Made by a program: the position numbers and the translations under genes. Below the pieces are notes generated by a model, which made no database searches, was not told the DNA's origin, and saw only the letters and a list, made by a program, of their open reading frames with translations. This document shows, in pieces, positions 1-9,442 of a stretch of 54,600 nt of DNA; position 1 is the first letter of the stretch; each line of letters begins with the position of its first letter. Source of the stretch: an uncultured Candidatus Saccharibacteria bacterium (GTDB taxonomy: Bacteria; Patescibacteriota; Minisyncoccia; Phycocordibacterales; CAIZLB01); NCBI GenBank assembly GCA_964500215.1, contig CAZCNA010000001.1, positions 1 to 54,600 on the forward strand. The letters run 5' to 3'.

Positions 1-665
<665 letters not shown>

Positions 666-1005
666 GAAATATAAAAACCACAATCACTTAATGTATTACC
701 TGCCCACCGATCACCTTGAGAAGTGATACGGTGGATTGTCCGGCCCCCACACGGGTGTACGGGAACCGGACTCTGTCTCCGATTTGAAAAGACCAAATAT
801 AACTTGCGTTACATAAGTATCGGGACAGAATGAAGTTGTTAAATTACAATCGGTCGGTATTCATCTGAGCCCATCTCCTTCTAAAGAAGAAAACCGCTCT
901 TTTTAGAAGCGGTCTCTTTAAAACAGCGCCAGACACTTTCGTGCCTATTGGCGTTGTTTCTTAGTTCCGCTGCTAAGATGATTCAACATATCTGATGTGG
1001 TGGTT

Positions 1006-1033
1006 ATTATACGCATGTGAAGAATCTTGTCAA
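1006..1033 (-). promoter_or_regulatory. Sigma70-type promoter, TTGACA-16 nt-TATAAT, about 340 nt upstream of the 23S 5' end
   Basis: The reverse complement reads TTGACA (1028-1033), a 16-nt spacer, then TATAAT (1006-1011). The region between it and the rRNA is non-coding and rich in hairpins. Confidence 0.55.
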
Positions 1034-1064
1034 ATGCTTCCCTTTCCTGGAGATTAGGGGGTCT

Positions 1065-1112
1065 GGAGGGGGCTTTTTGGACCCCTATTTTATAGCCCAA
1101 AAAGCCCCCTCC
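1065..1112. terminator. 16-bp perfect hairpin (GGAGGGGGCTTTTTGG / CCAAAAAGCCCCCTCC), a likely insulator or terminator between the membrane-protein gene and the rRNA promoter
   Basis: Arms at 1065-1080 and 1097-1112 are perfectly complementary, with a 16-nt loop. Confidence 0.5.
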
Positions 1113-1120
1113 CTAAATCA

Positions 1121-1148
1121 AAACAGCCCCGTGTAACAGGGGCTGTTT
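1121..1148 (-). terminator. Rho-independent terminator of the 1201..1887 gene
   Basis: ACAGCCCC / GGGGCTGT stem flanked by A and T runs, about 50 nt after the stop codon on the minus strand. Confidence 0.6.
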
Positions 1149-1200
1149 TGTCCTTCTTTTACACACAATGTGTGCAAAGAAATAGAGAGGTAATTGAAGA

Positions 1201-1887
1201 TTATCGATTGATAACTTCTTTTTCCATTCGTTCGATAGTACGAGCCGCAGCATCGCGTCCACCCAAACCAAATGCAAGTCCGAATGCAAGTGAAATTGCA
1301 ATAACAATTCCCATCGCAATTGTCTGAATCAATGTCTGTGCAACCTGAAGCTGATCAAGTGCTGCAAGAACTGCAAACACGAGAATCGCCCATTTTGCGA
1401 TAGTACCGATTGCATGACCTGATCGAACTCCTGCAGCAGCAGAAGATGCCGCTACAATCTTTTTTACAACGTCAGCAATTACCACAGCTACCATAAGAAT
1501 AAGTACTGCGACAATTACTCGAGGTAAGTAATTAATTACAATTACCTGCAAGAAGAGAGTCACCTGTGGAAGTCCTAATACCTGAAGAGAAGCAAGTAGG
1601 AATACTGCAACGATAAACCACTTTACCAAAGAGCCAACAAAGACACCTGAGTTAAGAGGAATACCACCCTTCTGGAGTGTCTGCTCTACTCCCGCTTCAC
1701 GGAGAGCTGAATCAACTTTGATAGCTCGGAAACCCTTTGCTACCAATTTTCCAATGAAAGATCCAACAACCCAACCAATAGCGAAAATAATAAGAGCGAC
1801 AAATAACAATACAACGATCTGTAATACACTTGGCCATAGACCAAAGAAAGATGCCTGAATTGCTTCGCCCCATGTAGTTAATAACAT
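1201..1887 (-). CDS. Multi-pass membrane protein with repeated conserved-TM-helix units (resembles the N-terminal region of MscS-type channels)
   Basis: 228 aa with several hydrophobic helices separated by short basic loops (e.g. GKLVAKGFRAIKVD, KKIVAASSAAAG). Terminator downstream. Confidence 0.6.
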   Translation of the reverse strand: MLLTTWGEAIQASFFGLWPSVLQIVVLLFVALIIFAIGWVVGSFIGKLVAKGFRAIKVDSALREAGVEQTLQKGGIPLNSGVFVGSLVKWFIVAVFLLASLQVLGLPQVTLFLQVIVINYLPRVIVAVLILMVAVVIADVVKKIVAASSAAAGVRSGHAIGTIAKWAILVFAVLAALDQLQVAQTLIQTIAMGIVIAISLAFGLAFGLGGRDAAARTIERMEKEVINR

Positions 1888-1956
1888 AAGCCGGAATGAA
1901 TATTAATGACTATTTATATGATAGGGTGACTAACCCTATACCCCTATTATACCAGT

Positions 1957-2568
1957 TTAGAAAAGGGCAAGTTTATCTAGAGCAATTTCATGTGGATAGT
2001 CCAAAACGTCCCGTACGAGCCGATCTCCCACTCCAAGGCGGTATTTGAAGTCGTTTGTATCGAGTACTGCATACTGTATCTCTCGTCCCACCTCAGCTTC
2101 GATAGTAGACATAATCGATTCAATAGTGCTCTTCTTGCCATTATCTACAACTACGAGCATATCAAGCCGACTCTCCCACTGTTCTTTGAACAAGCCTGAC
2201 AAAATAACGAGTTTGAGACGACCTATTTTTGATAATTTTTTGAGGATTGTTTGAGGAGTAATTAAACTAGTCTGTAGTAAAAGTCTCTGAAACTCAGCCA
2301 AATATGGAAAGCGTTCATTGAGATACCACACTCCTCGATTTGAAGAATTATTCTTCTTTTTTACCATTCCTACTTTTATAAGAAAATTTGCCTCACGTCG
2401 CACTCGAGAGATTTCGGTTTTAGTTCTGCTAGAAATTTCATCTGCAGTGAAGCTTGAGTTCGGATTGAAGAGGAAGAGTCGCATAAGCTTCACCCGAGCT
2501 GCTCCCCCAAAGATTTTTTCTAATATGTCCATACCCTTAAATTTACCATATTTCGAGATGCATTTCAT
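1957..2568 (-). CDS. Predicted winged-helix transcriptional regulator (ArsR-like N-terminus plus uncharacterised C-terminal domain)
   Basis: RVKLMRLFLFNPNSSFTADEISSRTKTEISRVRREANFLIKVGMV reads as a wHTH. The track ORF starts at a TTG (2580). I prefer the first ATG (2568); an ATG at 2532 is also possible. Confidence 0.5.
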   Translation of the reverse strand: MKCISKYGKFKGMDILEKIFGGAARVKLMRLFLFNPNSSFTADEISSRTKTEISRVRREANFLIKVGMVKKKNNSSNRGVWYLNERFPYLAEFQRLLLQTSLITPQTILKKLSKIGRLKLVILSGLFKEQWESRLDMLVVVDNGKKSTIESIMSTIEAEVGREIQYAVLDTNDFKYRLGVGDRLVRDVLDYPHEIALDKLALF

Positions 2569-2634
2569 GGGTCTTCCCAAATACGATATCTGTGTTCTTA
2601 TTTACCTCCTCCCCCATCCTTTTAGCCGCGGCAA

Positions 2635-2782
2635 AAATAATACAAATAAAAATACCATGTTGAGGAGACTTTGCGCAGGAGGAGGGCTGTGCGTAGCACT
2701 AGCATCTCCGACGAGCAAGAGGAAAGTTTTCTGAGAAAACTATTCCGTTCTCCGATACATGGTATTTTTATTTGTATTATTT
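2635..2782. repeat. 26-bp perfect inverted repeat (AAATAATACAAATAAAAATACCATGT) bracketing a GC-rich 96-nt core and overlapping the rplL stop codon
   Basis: Arms at 2635-2660 and 2757-2782 are exact reverse complements. The core (2661-2756) contains at least one further hairpin (GGAAAGTTTTC-TGA-GAAAACTATTCC). Confidence 0.8.
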
Positions 2783-3187
2783 GAGTTCTACCTTTCCACC
2801 AGCATCCTCAATCTGCTTCTTGAGAGCTTCAGCATCTTCTTTCTTAACGCCTTCCTTGATGAGAGCAGGAGCGGCATCAACGAGATCCTTTGCTTCCTTA
2901 AGACCGAGACCGAGAACTTCCTTTACAATCTTGATGATTGAAATCTTGTTTGCACCAGCATCAGCGAGGTGAACATTGAATGAAGATTTCTCTTCAGCCG
3001 CTGCACCAGCTGCTGCAGGAGCTGCAACTGCAACAGCAGCTGCTGATACTCCGAATTTCTTTTCAAGAAACTTCACGAGTTCGTGGAGTTCGAGAACAGA
3101 CATCTTTTCGATAGCTTCAACTACAGTTTTGAACTGAGCTGGAGTTTCTACAACTTCTGCCTGTGTGTTTGTTGTTTCTTCTGACAT
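2777..3187 (-). CDS. rplL: 50S ribosomal protein L7/L12
   Basis: 136 aa with an Ala-rich hinge ([16 protein letters not shown]) and the C-terminal domain [21 protein letters not shown]...GGKVELK. Confidence 0.95.
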   Translation of the reverse strand: MSEETTNTQAEVVETPAQFKTVVEAIEKMSVLELHELVKFLEKKFGVSAAAVAVAAPAAAGAAAEEKSSFNVHLADAGANKISIIKIVKEVLGLGLKEAKDLVDAAPALIKEGVKKEDAEALKKQIEDAGGKVELK

Positions 3188-3246
3188 AAATAGTAAATAT
3201 TACGGTTGATTAAATAAGGTGTATCTGTAACGAATACCTTGTTTTA

Positions 3247-3735
3247 TTATTGCTTCTTTTCAGCAATTGCATTGAGTCCCAATACAAGTCCCTGAATAGG
3301 AGAATTGATAAGATTGACGAACTGAGCGTACAAAGTCTGTCGTGATGGGATTGAAGCGATTGATGTCATTTCATCCATTGACTTGTATGCGTTTTCAAAG
3401 ATACCGCCAAGAATAGATACTCGTGTATCAAACTTCTTTTGGAAGTTATAGATTTCTCGAGCTGGAGCGATTTGATCCTCTCCGTATACGAGCGCGAGTT
3501 CCCCTTCGAGGTTAGGTAGTTCTCCAGAAATACCAGCTTCGGCAAGAGCTCGTTTCGCAAGAGTCTTCTTTGCTACGTAGTAGCCGAGACCATGTGATCG
3601 GAGTTCTTTTCGAATTGCTGTTGTTTCGAGAACATTGAGTTTGTGAAAGTTCACAAACACAACTGTTTTTGCCTTTGAAAGAACGTCTTTTACATCTGCA
3701 ACAATTTCTTGTTTCTTTGCTTTTGTAATTGCCAT
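3247..3735 (-). CDS. rplJ: 50S ribosomal protein L10
   Basis: 162 aa, immediately upstream of rplL. The N-terminus KAKKQEIVADVKDVLSKAKTVVFVNFHKLNV is typical of L10. Confidence 0.9.
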   Translation of the reverse strand: MAITKAKKQEIVADVKDVLSKAKTVVFVNFHKLNVLETTAIRKELRSHGLGYYVAKKTLAKRALAEAGISGELPNLEGELALVYGEDQIAPAREIYNFQKKFDTRVSILGGIFENAYKSMDEMTSIASIPSRQTLYAQFVNLINSPIQGLVLGLNAIAEKKQ

Positions 3736-3990
3736 AGCACGTTTTGTTGAATTAATTTGTTTCGATTAGTGCATCTAAATGACGCATAACCGATCGACCA
3801 AAGGCTCAAGAATCTCTCATAAAAATTGCCCACATGCGGGTGCATGGGGGCTAAGGAGATGGCGATTCAAAGAGTGTCGTTTGCACGATGCTCTCTGATC
3901 TGACCTCTACATAGGACTTATGGGTGCCTATGGTCTCCGAAGCCTTCGAGAAAAGAATAGCATATAGCCTCTATTAGTCAATATTCTCCC
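3736..3990 (-). promoter_or_regulatory. Long structured 5' leader of rplJ-rplL (possible L10-leader autoregulatory RNA)
   Basis: About 250 nt of non-coding sequence upstream of rplJ with a GC-rich hairpin (CCCACATGC..GCATGGGGG, about 3829-3852). No covariance model was run. Confidence 0.3.
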
Positions 3991-4028
3991 CTATTTGTGC
4001 GGTTTATGCAGTTGTGCGGTTGTGCCCG

Positions 4029-4166
4029 TCAAATGAACATGAAATAAGCCCCAGTTCCCAAGGCATAAGCATACAAAACGCCATAGATAAGCAGACCTAA
4101 GCCGATAATAAGTATGGCTATTTTAATAATTTTTTGTGACAAGAACGGTGGTTTTTGAGCAGACAT
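4029..4166 (-). CDS. Candidate 45-aa single-pass membrane peptide (below the ORF-track cutoff)
   Basis: My own translation: MSAQKPPFLSQKIIKIAILIIGLGLLIYGVLYAYALGTGAYFMFI. The ATG lies 9 nt after the stop of the 4176..7277 gene. It shares the hexamer ILIIGL with the peptide at 7373..7516. Confidence 0.35.
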   Translation of the reverse strand: MSAQKPPFLSQKIIKIAILIIGLGLLIYGVLYAYALGTGAYFMFI

Positions 4167-4175
4167 ATATGTGCG

Positions 4176-7100
4176 TTAATACGTGAATTTTTGTAAAGTG
4201 TTCTGCAATTCAATAAAAATCGTATATATGAATGCATACTGAATATAGATTAGACGGTCACTGTCGTATGTTGGATTCTTTGTCTTATAGATATCAATAT
4301 CATTCATAACATTCACTATGCGATCTACAATTGTGGTAACTATCTGCGCGGTTTCTTTTTGCTTCTGTGCTCGATACGCAATTTCGATACCATCGAATCT
4401 ATCAAGATATTTTTGTTTTATGCTTGTTGCAAGTGTAGTTGATGCAAGCACAGCTCGAAGTCGAATAAACAATGCATCAAAGTCAGTCCAAGTCATAGTA
4501 GATGAGGCGGTCGAGGAAGCTGCCGGATAGATCACTGTATCAGGGTGACCATCTGAATCAACATCCAATTGTAAAGTTGTTGTTGGACCGGTCGTGTCCA
4601 ATGTGGCTGTTGTAACAGGTGTAATAGGAACTTCAAAAAACGAGAGTCCGTATGACACTCCCCCAGCCTGTTTTTCAGTTGTGAACGTAAATGTTCCCAC
4701 TGCATTTCCTTGTATTTTCACCTCGGGAGCAGGCTTGTCTGCGATGGTTATTTTTTTGATTGTACCGACATCGAAGTATGAACTATTAGGAATATCCTCT
4801 TTTATCTGTTCGAATTCACGCAAAGATGTTGGCGGAATATAGCCAGTAGCTTTGTCATTATCACGCACAGCAATTGTTGCAGCCGATGAATCGACTGTGT
4901 ACGTATATGTGGGAGCAGAAGCACCGATTGTACTTCCCAACTGACTTGATGAGTTTACAGGCAATATATATGAGTTGCTTGGAATGGCTTTATTCTGAAT
5001 TATTGAAGCAATCATCTGAATAACCGGAGTCGTATTCATGATATCTCTATGACCGAAGTTTTTTTGAAGAGATTGATTCAATCCGTATAAATCAATGAAA
5101 TACGAGTTTGATGGACGCATATGTATGCCACCACCCATAACAACACCATCACCATTTTTTGAGATAATTGGAAGTCGTCTCGGTTTTGTATATCCACACT
5201 TACTTTTGATGAGAATGTCACCAATGAAAGAGCCCGTATTGCAATCGGAGATGAAATACTCAATACCCTTCACGGTATCTTTTCCCATGCCAGCAATCGT
5301 AAAAATCTTTGTGCGAAACGATGGCGACCAATTATCGTACGTTTGATGAAATTGTTTTGCCAAATCTATGAGAGATGAACTCAGGATATTGGGCCAGTCT
5401 GTATCTTTTGTATCGCTTTTTTTGAGTGTTCTCTCCCCTTTTGAAGAAACAAGAAAATTGTACATACCTAACACATCATGTATCGACGCGCCATATGGAT
5501 ATTCCATAGTTGATTTTGATGAAGAGTACCGCACGACTTCTGGATCAACACTTTTGTCAAAATATGTTGGTGATGGGAGCAAGTTATATGCAGGTATCAT
5601 ATCGTCGGCGAGATCTCTGGCAGTCTTTTTCGAAAGAACAATACCGCCCAAAAAACTCTGACCATCGCCATGCAGAAGTGCCGCCATTGCTTCTGGTGTC
5701 CCGTGTTCAGGCACTGCAACAAATATGATTTTATCTACCAGAGAATCGAGGTGTGCCGCACGCAACTTATTCATAAGTACTTTTGTAAACAATCCACCAT
5801 TACTATGTGCCACAATAGTCACCTTGTGGGTATCAGAAGATGATGCCAGAGCTTGTACAACCTCCATAGGTAATAGTATTGAGCTTTTTTGCATACGAAT
5901 ACCCGTATCCACAATATCACTCATATTGAGCCTCCAGTCATACGGCAAAGGCTTCCACTCCTTGATAACAGACTGTGACACAAGACTGTTCAGCGAGTCT
6001 GTAAACTCTTTGTATACGGATTGAGATATCAGTCCGCCAAGCAAGCTCGTCTTTAAAATAATGTCACGCGTATAGATAAGAGGATTAATACTTTTTCCAA
6101 ATATATCTAAGCTCAATTTTTGTACATCTGCATTTCGATTTGGTTCCCATAATTGATTCTCAAAAAATGTGTCTTTTTTATATAATCGACTCGCTTCGAT
6201 CCCAGGAATAAAAAGGACGTTTGAACAACATGTTTTGCCATCTGTGTCGGGTATTCGCTCGGCACTCCAGGGACTAAATTGAACCTCGGGTGTAATTGAG
6301 ACGCCTTTGCCCAATGGATGAGTAGAGGCATTATATGGTCCTGTTGGATCACCCCACCAGTTATTTTTTGCTGCGAAGACAGATCCAAAAGATGTAATAC
6401 CGTCTTTTGATAATTCGATGTTGTTTCCGTTTATATCGACATACGCACGATATGCTTCTATTCCAATATTGGTGTTTTTGATTGTTGACGAACTCATCGA
6501 TACAGAGCTTGATGAATATGCAGCAAGACCTGCTTTAGCAAATGAATCAATCAAATTTTGTGAAAGGTTTACTTGGGCTCTATCTGATATTTCGATTGCA
6601 GTTCCTCCACCATTTCGTAATTGAACACGTTGTATAATTGATTGCGTCGGATGCTTGTCGCCACCTTCCAGTACACCGAATATTGAAAATAAAGTTTGTG
6701 AAGATACATCATTGAATTCTGAGTCTATAATTGATAACTGAGAACCTTGGAATGCCTCAACACCAACACGTGTTTTGATATGTTCAAATCGACTATCACT
6801 AATAGCTACTGTACTGCTACCAAATACAGAAATATAACTGGACCCACTATTAACCTGTTCAAAGGTACTTGCAGAGATCGCCACAGAGCTCTGCATAAAT
6901 GCATCAATAAGCTTTTCTCCCCCGGACACCTGAACATTATCTAAGGAGAGTGTTCCTCCCATAACTGTAAAGGTTGGGCTTGTCGTTTCTCGACGAATAG
7001 GCGTTAGTTGATCAAGACTACCTATCTGGACTTTGCCCCAAATGCTAAAGCCCCCACTTTGCACATTGATCTCTGTACCAGGCTCAATTGTAAGCGTCGC

Positions 7101-7277
7101 GGGAAATAAGATACGAACATCTCCATTAATGTAATATGGACCCTGAGCAGCCGTCCACGTCTCATCGTGGTCAATAACTTTTTCACTACCAAATGTGGCC
7201 GCTTCTACCCTACTATATCCAATAATCGGGCTCAAACATATAAATACAAAACATACGCATAAAAGTGTTCTTTTCAT
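4176..7277 (-). CDS. Large secreted protein: signal peptide, right-handed parallel beta-helix region, then an LCAT/PGAP1-like alpha/beta-hydrolase (lipase/acyltransferase) domain and a long C-terminal region
   Basis: MKRTLLCVCFVFICLSPIIG signal peptide. Repetitive beta-helix-like segment ending NNWWGDPTGP. LPYDWRL (LCAT-family YDWR motif, ORF residues 452-455) and the nucleophile elbow VTIVAHSNGG (Ser codon at 5802-5804). Start taken at the ATG at 7277 rather than the upstream track start at 7295. Confidence 0.75.
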   Translation of the reverse strand: MKRTLLCVCFVFICLSPIIGYSRVEAATFGSEKVIDHDETWTAAQGPYYINGDVRILFPATLTIEPGTEINVQSGGFSIWGKVQIGSLDQLTPIRRETTSPTFTVMGGTLSLDNVQVSGGEKLIDAFMQSSVAISASTFEQVNSGSSYISVFGSSTVAISDSRFEHIKTRVGVEAFQGSQLSIIDSEFNDVSSQTLFSIFGVLEGGDKHPTQSIIQRVQLRNGGGTAIEISDRAQVNLSQNLIDSFAKAGLAAYSSSSVSMSSSTIKNTNIGIEAYRAYVDINGNNIELSKDGITSFGSVFAAKNNWWGDPTGPYNASTHPLGKGVSITPEVQFSPWSAERIPDTDGKTCCSNVLFIPGIEASRLYKKDTFFENQLWEPNRNADVQKLSLDIFGKSINPLIYTRDIILKTSLLGGLISQSVYKEFTDSLNSLVSQSVIKEWKPLPYDWRLNMSDIVDTGIRMQKSSILLPMEVVQALASSSDTHKVTIVAHSNGGLFTKVLMNKLRAAHLDSLVDKIIFVAVPEHGTPEAMAALLHGDGQSFLGGIVLSKKTARDLADDMIPAYNLLPSPTYFDKSVDPEVVRYSSSKSTMEYPYGASIHDVLGMYNFLVSSKGERTLKKSDTKDTDWPNILSSSLIDLAKQFHQTYDNWSPSFRTKIFTIAGMGKDTVKGIEYFISDCNTGSFIGDILIKSKCGYTKPRRLPIISKNGDGVVMGGGIHMRPSNSYFIDLYGLNQSLQKNFGHRDIMNTTPVIQMIASIIQNKAIPSNSYILPVNSSSQLGSTIGASAPTYTYTVDSSAATIAVRDNDKATGYIPPTSLREFEQIKEDIPNSSYFDVGTIKKITIADKPAPEVKIQGNAVGTFTFTTEKQAGGVSYGLSFFEVPITPVTTATLDTTGPTTTLQLDVDSDGHPDTVIYPAASSTASSTMTWTDFDALFIRLRAVLASTTLATSIKQKYLDRFDGIEIAYRAQKQKETAQIVTTIVDRIVNVMNDIDIYKTKNPTYDSDRLIYIQYAFIYTIFIELQNTLQKFTY

Positions 7278-7372
7278 GCACACATTGTGTGACAAACGAT
7301 ATGAATTTCTAATACATATTTTCTGAAGAGAAAATGAAAAATTTAAAAAGGTTTAGACAGATTTAAATAAAC

Positions 7373-7516
7373 TTAAACAGAACGCACTGTTTTTTGCGAA
7401 TCAATACTTACGTATGAACCATAATATCCGGTGCCTAAAAAGATAAGGAGACCAATAATGAGAATTCCCAAAAATCCACATATGAGTTGAAGAGCTGTTT
7501 TATCTAACATGCTCAT
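7373..7516 (-). CDS. Candidate 47-aa single-pass membrane peptide (below the ORF-track cutoff)
   Basis: My own translation: MSMLDKTALQLICGFLGILIIGLLIFLGTGYYGSYVSIDSQKTVRSV. Lies between the terminator at 7562-7591 and the beta-helix/lipase gene. Confidence 0.3.
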   Translation of the reverse strand: MSMLDKTALQLICGFLGILIIGLLIFLGTGYYGSYVSIDSQKTVRSV

Positions 7517-7561
7517 AGTATACCAAAATAAATGAACAACTTATATAAAAACAAGAAATAC

Positions 7562-7591
7562 AAAAGGCCGCCCCTTGCGGGGCGGCCTTTT
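7562..7591. terminator. Bidirectional rho-independent terminator (AAAAGGCCGCCCC-TTGC-GGGGCGGCCTTTT)
   Basis: 13-bp stem with A and T tracts on either side, about 65 nt after the stop of 7655..9442. Confidence 0.8.
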
Positions 7592-7654
7592 GTTGTTCCT
7601 TATGAACTTCTATTTCTTTCCAAGCTTACGCTAAGTTAGAGATAGAAAGTGTCA

Positions 7655-9442
7655 TTATGGAAGCTGAACGTAACCTGTCTTTGGAGCAATACTGATTGGG
7701 TAAATTGTATTAACCAATGAGCCTGCAACACCAGTTTCGATTCGTTCGATAGCAAGCTGGTACTGACCTGCTGAGAGACCTGTACTTGTAAGTACAGCTG
7801 ACACATCGAATGTGACAGAAGCATCTCGTGGGATCACGTAGTTACTTGCTGTTGTTGTAAGGTTAGCAGGGTTGTTGTAAACAACGTTTGAAACTGCTGT
7901 TGTTGCTCCGTTTGAAGCAACCTGTACAACCTTGAATGCACTTGTTGTTGAAGCAAGAACATCACTGTTTACAGCCTTGATTGTAACAGGGAATCGAGCA
8001 GTAAGACTACTTGATGAAACACCCTGTACACCAGCCTGGTAAGTAGCCACAGGTGTTCCAAATGTGAACACTGGACCCTTACTGAGAACGTTTACAGTTT
8101 CACTAACTGCTGAACCTGAAACTGTTACACTTTCACCGAGTGAGTTTTCAGCTGTGATGTTTGTACCAGGAGCTGGAACTGTTACTGTGAAAGGTGTAGC
8201 TGTTGTGTTAGCACCTGTGAATTCACCTCGAACGATGAATGATCGTGAAGCATCCTTTTCAATCCAAAGGTCAAGGTTTGAGAATGTAGCTGTTCCGTTT
8301 GAAACAACTGCAGAAGCAATTACATTGTTTGTAGCAGCGTCAAACAACCAAAGTGTAGTGTTTGTAGCTGTACCACTAGCTCGTGTTGAACTAGCTGTAA
8401 GTGTTCGTACTCGTACTCGATCCTTTTCTGATCGAAGCTGGAATGCGAGGATAGATGTGTTGTCAGCGTTTCCTGCTGAGTAATCTACTCGACCATCTGT
8501 ATCAGAGATGATGTTCTTCTGACTTGGAGTTGAAGCAAGTCGAGAAACTGTCAAAGTTGCTGAAGTGATCTGACTCTTCTGAACCTGGAATGTTCCAGAG
8601 ATTGATGAAGATGAAGGACCAGTAAGCTGGATACCAGCACCGTCGATAGCTCGAACGCCAAGAGCAGGCACAGTAATTGTGTATGATCCTGATGTGTATG
8701 AAGTATCAACTGTGTTGTATACATCGATAGCGATCACGAAGTCTCGCTGTGTTCCAGCTGGAACAACTCGTGAGAATCCTGAAAGGTCTACGATATAGTC
8801 GTTTCCGTCTCGAACAACTGAAGAAGCATTAGCTGAAGCCAATACTGTTCCGTTTTCCTTGATAGAAAGTCGACTGATAACTCGGTTCTGAAGAACAGCT
8901 GAAGTTCCGAGGTTTACTCGAACTCGCTGTACGAGAATGTCTGAGTTTGTAGCTCGAACTCGAAGTCCAAGTACATCCTTGTTTGTGTCTCCTTCTCGAA
9001 CGAGTGAGTTTGCTGAGATAGCGCCTGTTTCAATTGTCATTACGCCTTCTCGTCCAGGTGTTGTGATCTGATCACCTCCTGTTGTTCCACCAGTTGTTGT
9101 ACCAGGTGTTGTTACAGTCGCGTCAGCCATAGCTGCTGCGTATGTAAGTGGACCAAAGTATCCTGTTGTAGGAAGACCCTTTGATGCCTGGTAAGCAATA
9201 ACTGCTGTTTTTGTAAGACCACCAAAGTATCCCTTAGCTACGCCAGCTGGCATAACGAGAACTCCTTTAGCTTCGAGGAATGACTGAAGTGAAACCACTG
9301 CAGCACCTCGTGAGCCGAGCTTAAGCCCAGCTGCAAAAGTGTATGCTGATGTTGTTGACTGTGCACCTGCTGCTACTGGAGCAACTACTGTAAGTGCGAG
9401 AGCCAATACAAGAACACCAGAAACAAATTTTCTTGTTGACAT
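7655..9442 (-). CDS. Secreted surface protein: signal peptide, peptidoglycan-binding (PG_binding_1-like) domain, and a long Thr/Ser/Val-rich beta-rich region
   Basis: MSTRKFVSGVLVLALALTVVAPVAAGA signal peptide. LKLGSRGAAVVSLQSFLEAKG...TKTAVIAYQASKGLPTTGYFGPLT matches the PG-binding repeat pattern. The remaining ~470 aa are low in charged and aromatic residues, like S-layer or adhesin proteins. Confidence 0.7.
   Translation of the reverse strand: MSTRKFVSGVLVLALALTVVAPVAAGAQSTTSAYTFAAGLKLGSRGAAVVSLQSFLEAKGVLVMPAGVAKGYFGGLTKTAVIAYQASKGLPTTGYFGPLTYAAAMADATVTTPGTTTGGTTGGDQITTPGREGVMTIETGAISANSLVREGDTNKDVLGLRVRATNSDILVQRVRVNLGTSAVLQNRVISRLSIKENGTVLASANASSVVRDGNDYIVDLSGFSRVVPAGTQRDFVIAIDVYNTVDTSYTSGSYTITVPALGVRAIDGAGIQLTGPSSSSISGTFQVQKSQITSATLTVSRLASTPSQKNIISDTDGRVDYSAGNADNTSILAFQLRSEKDRVRVRTLTASSTRASGTATNTTLWLFDAATNNVIASAVVSNGTATFSNLDLWIEKDASRSFIVRGEFTGANTTATPFTVTVPAPGTNITAENSLGESVTVSGSAVSETVNVLSKGPVFTFGTPVATYQAGVQGVSSSSLTARFPVTIKAVNSDVLASTTSAFKVVQVASNGATTAVSNVVYNNPANLTTTASNYVIPRDASVTFDVSAVLTSTGLSAGQYQLAIERIETGVAGSLVNTIYPISIAPKTGYVQLP

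Noticed and set aside
2661-2756. SRP (4.5S) RNA as the identity of the stem-bracketed core after rplL
   Set aside because: The domain IV signature (GGAA tetraloop with flanking AGCA / G-rich symmetric loop) is absent on both strands. Left as unassigned.
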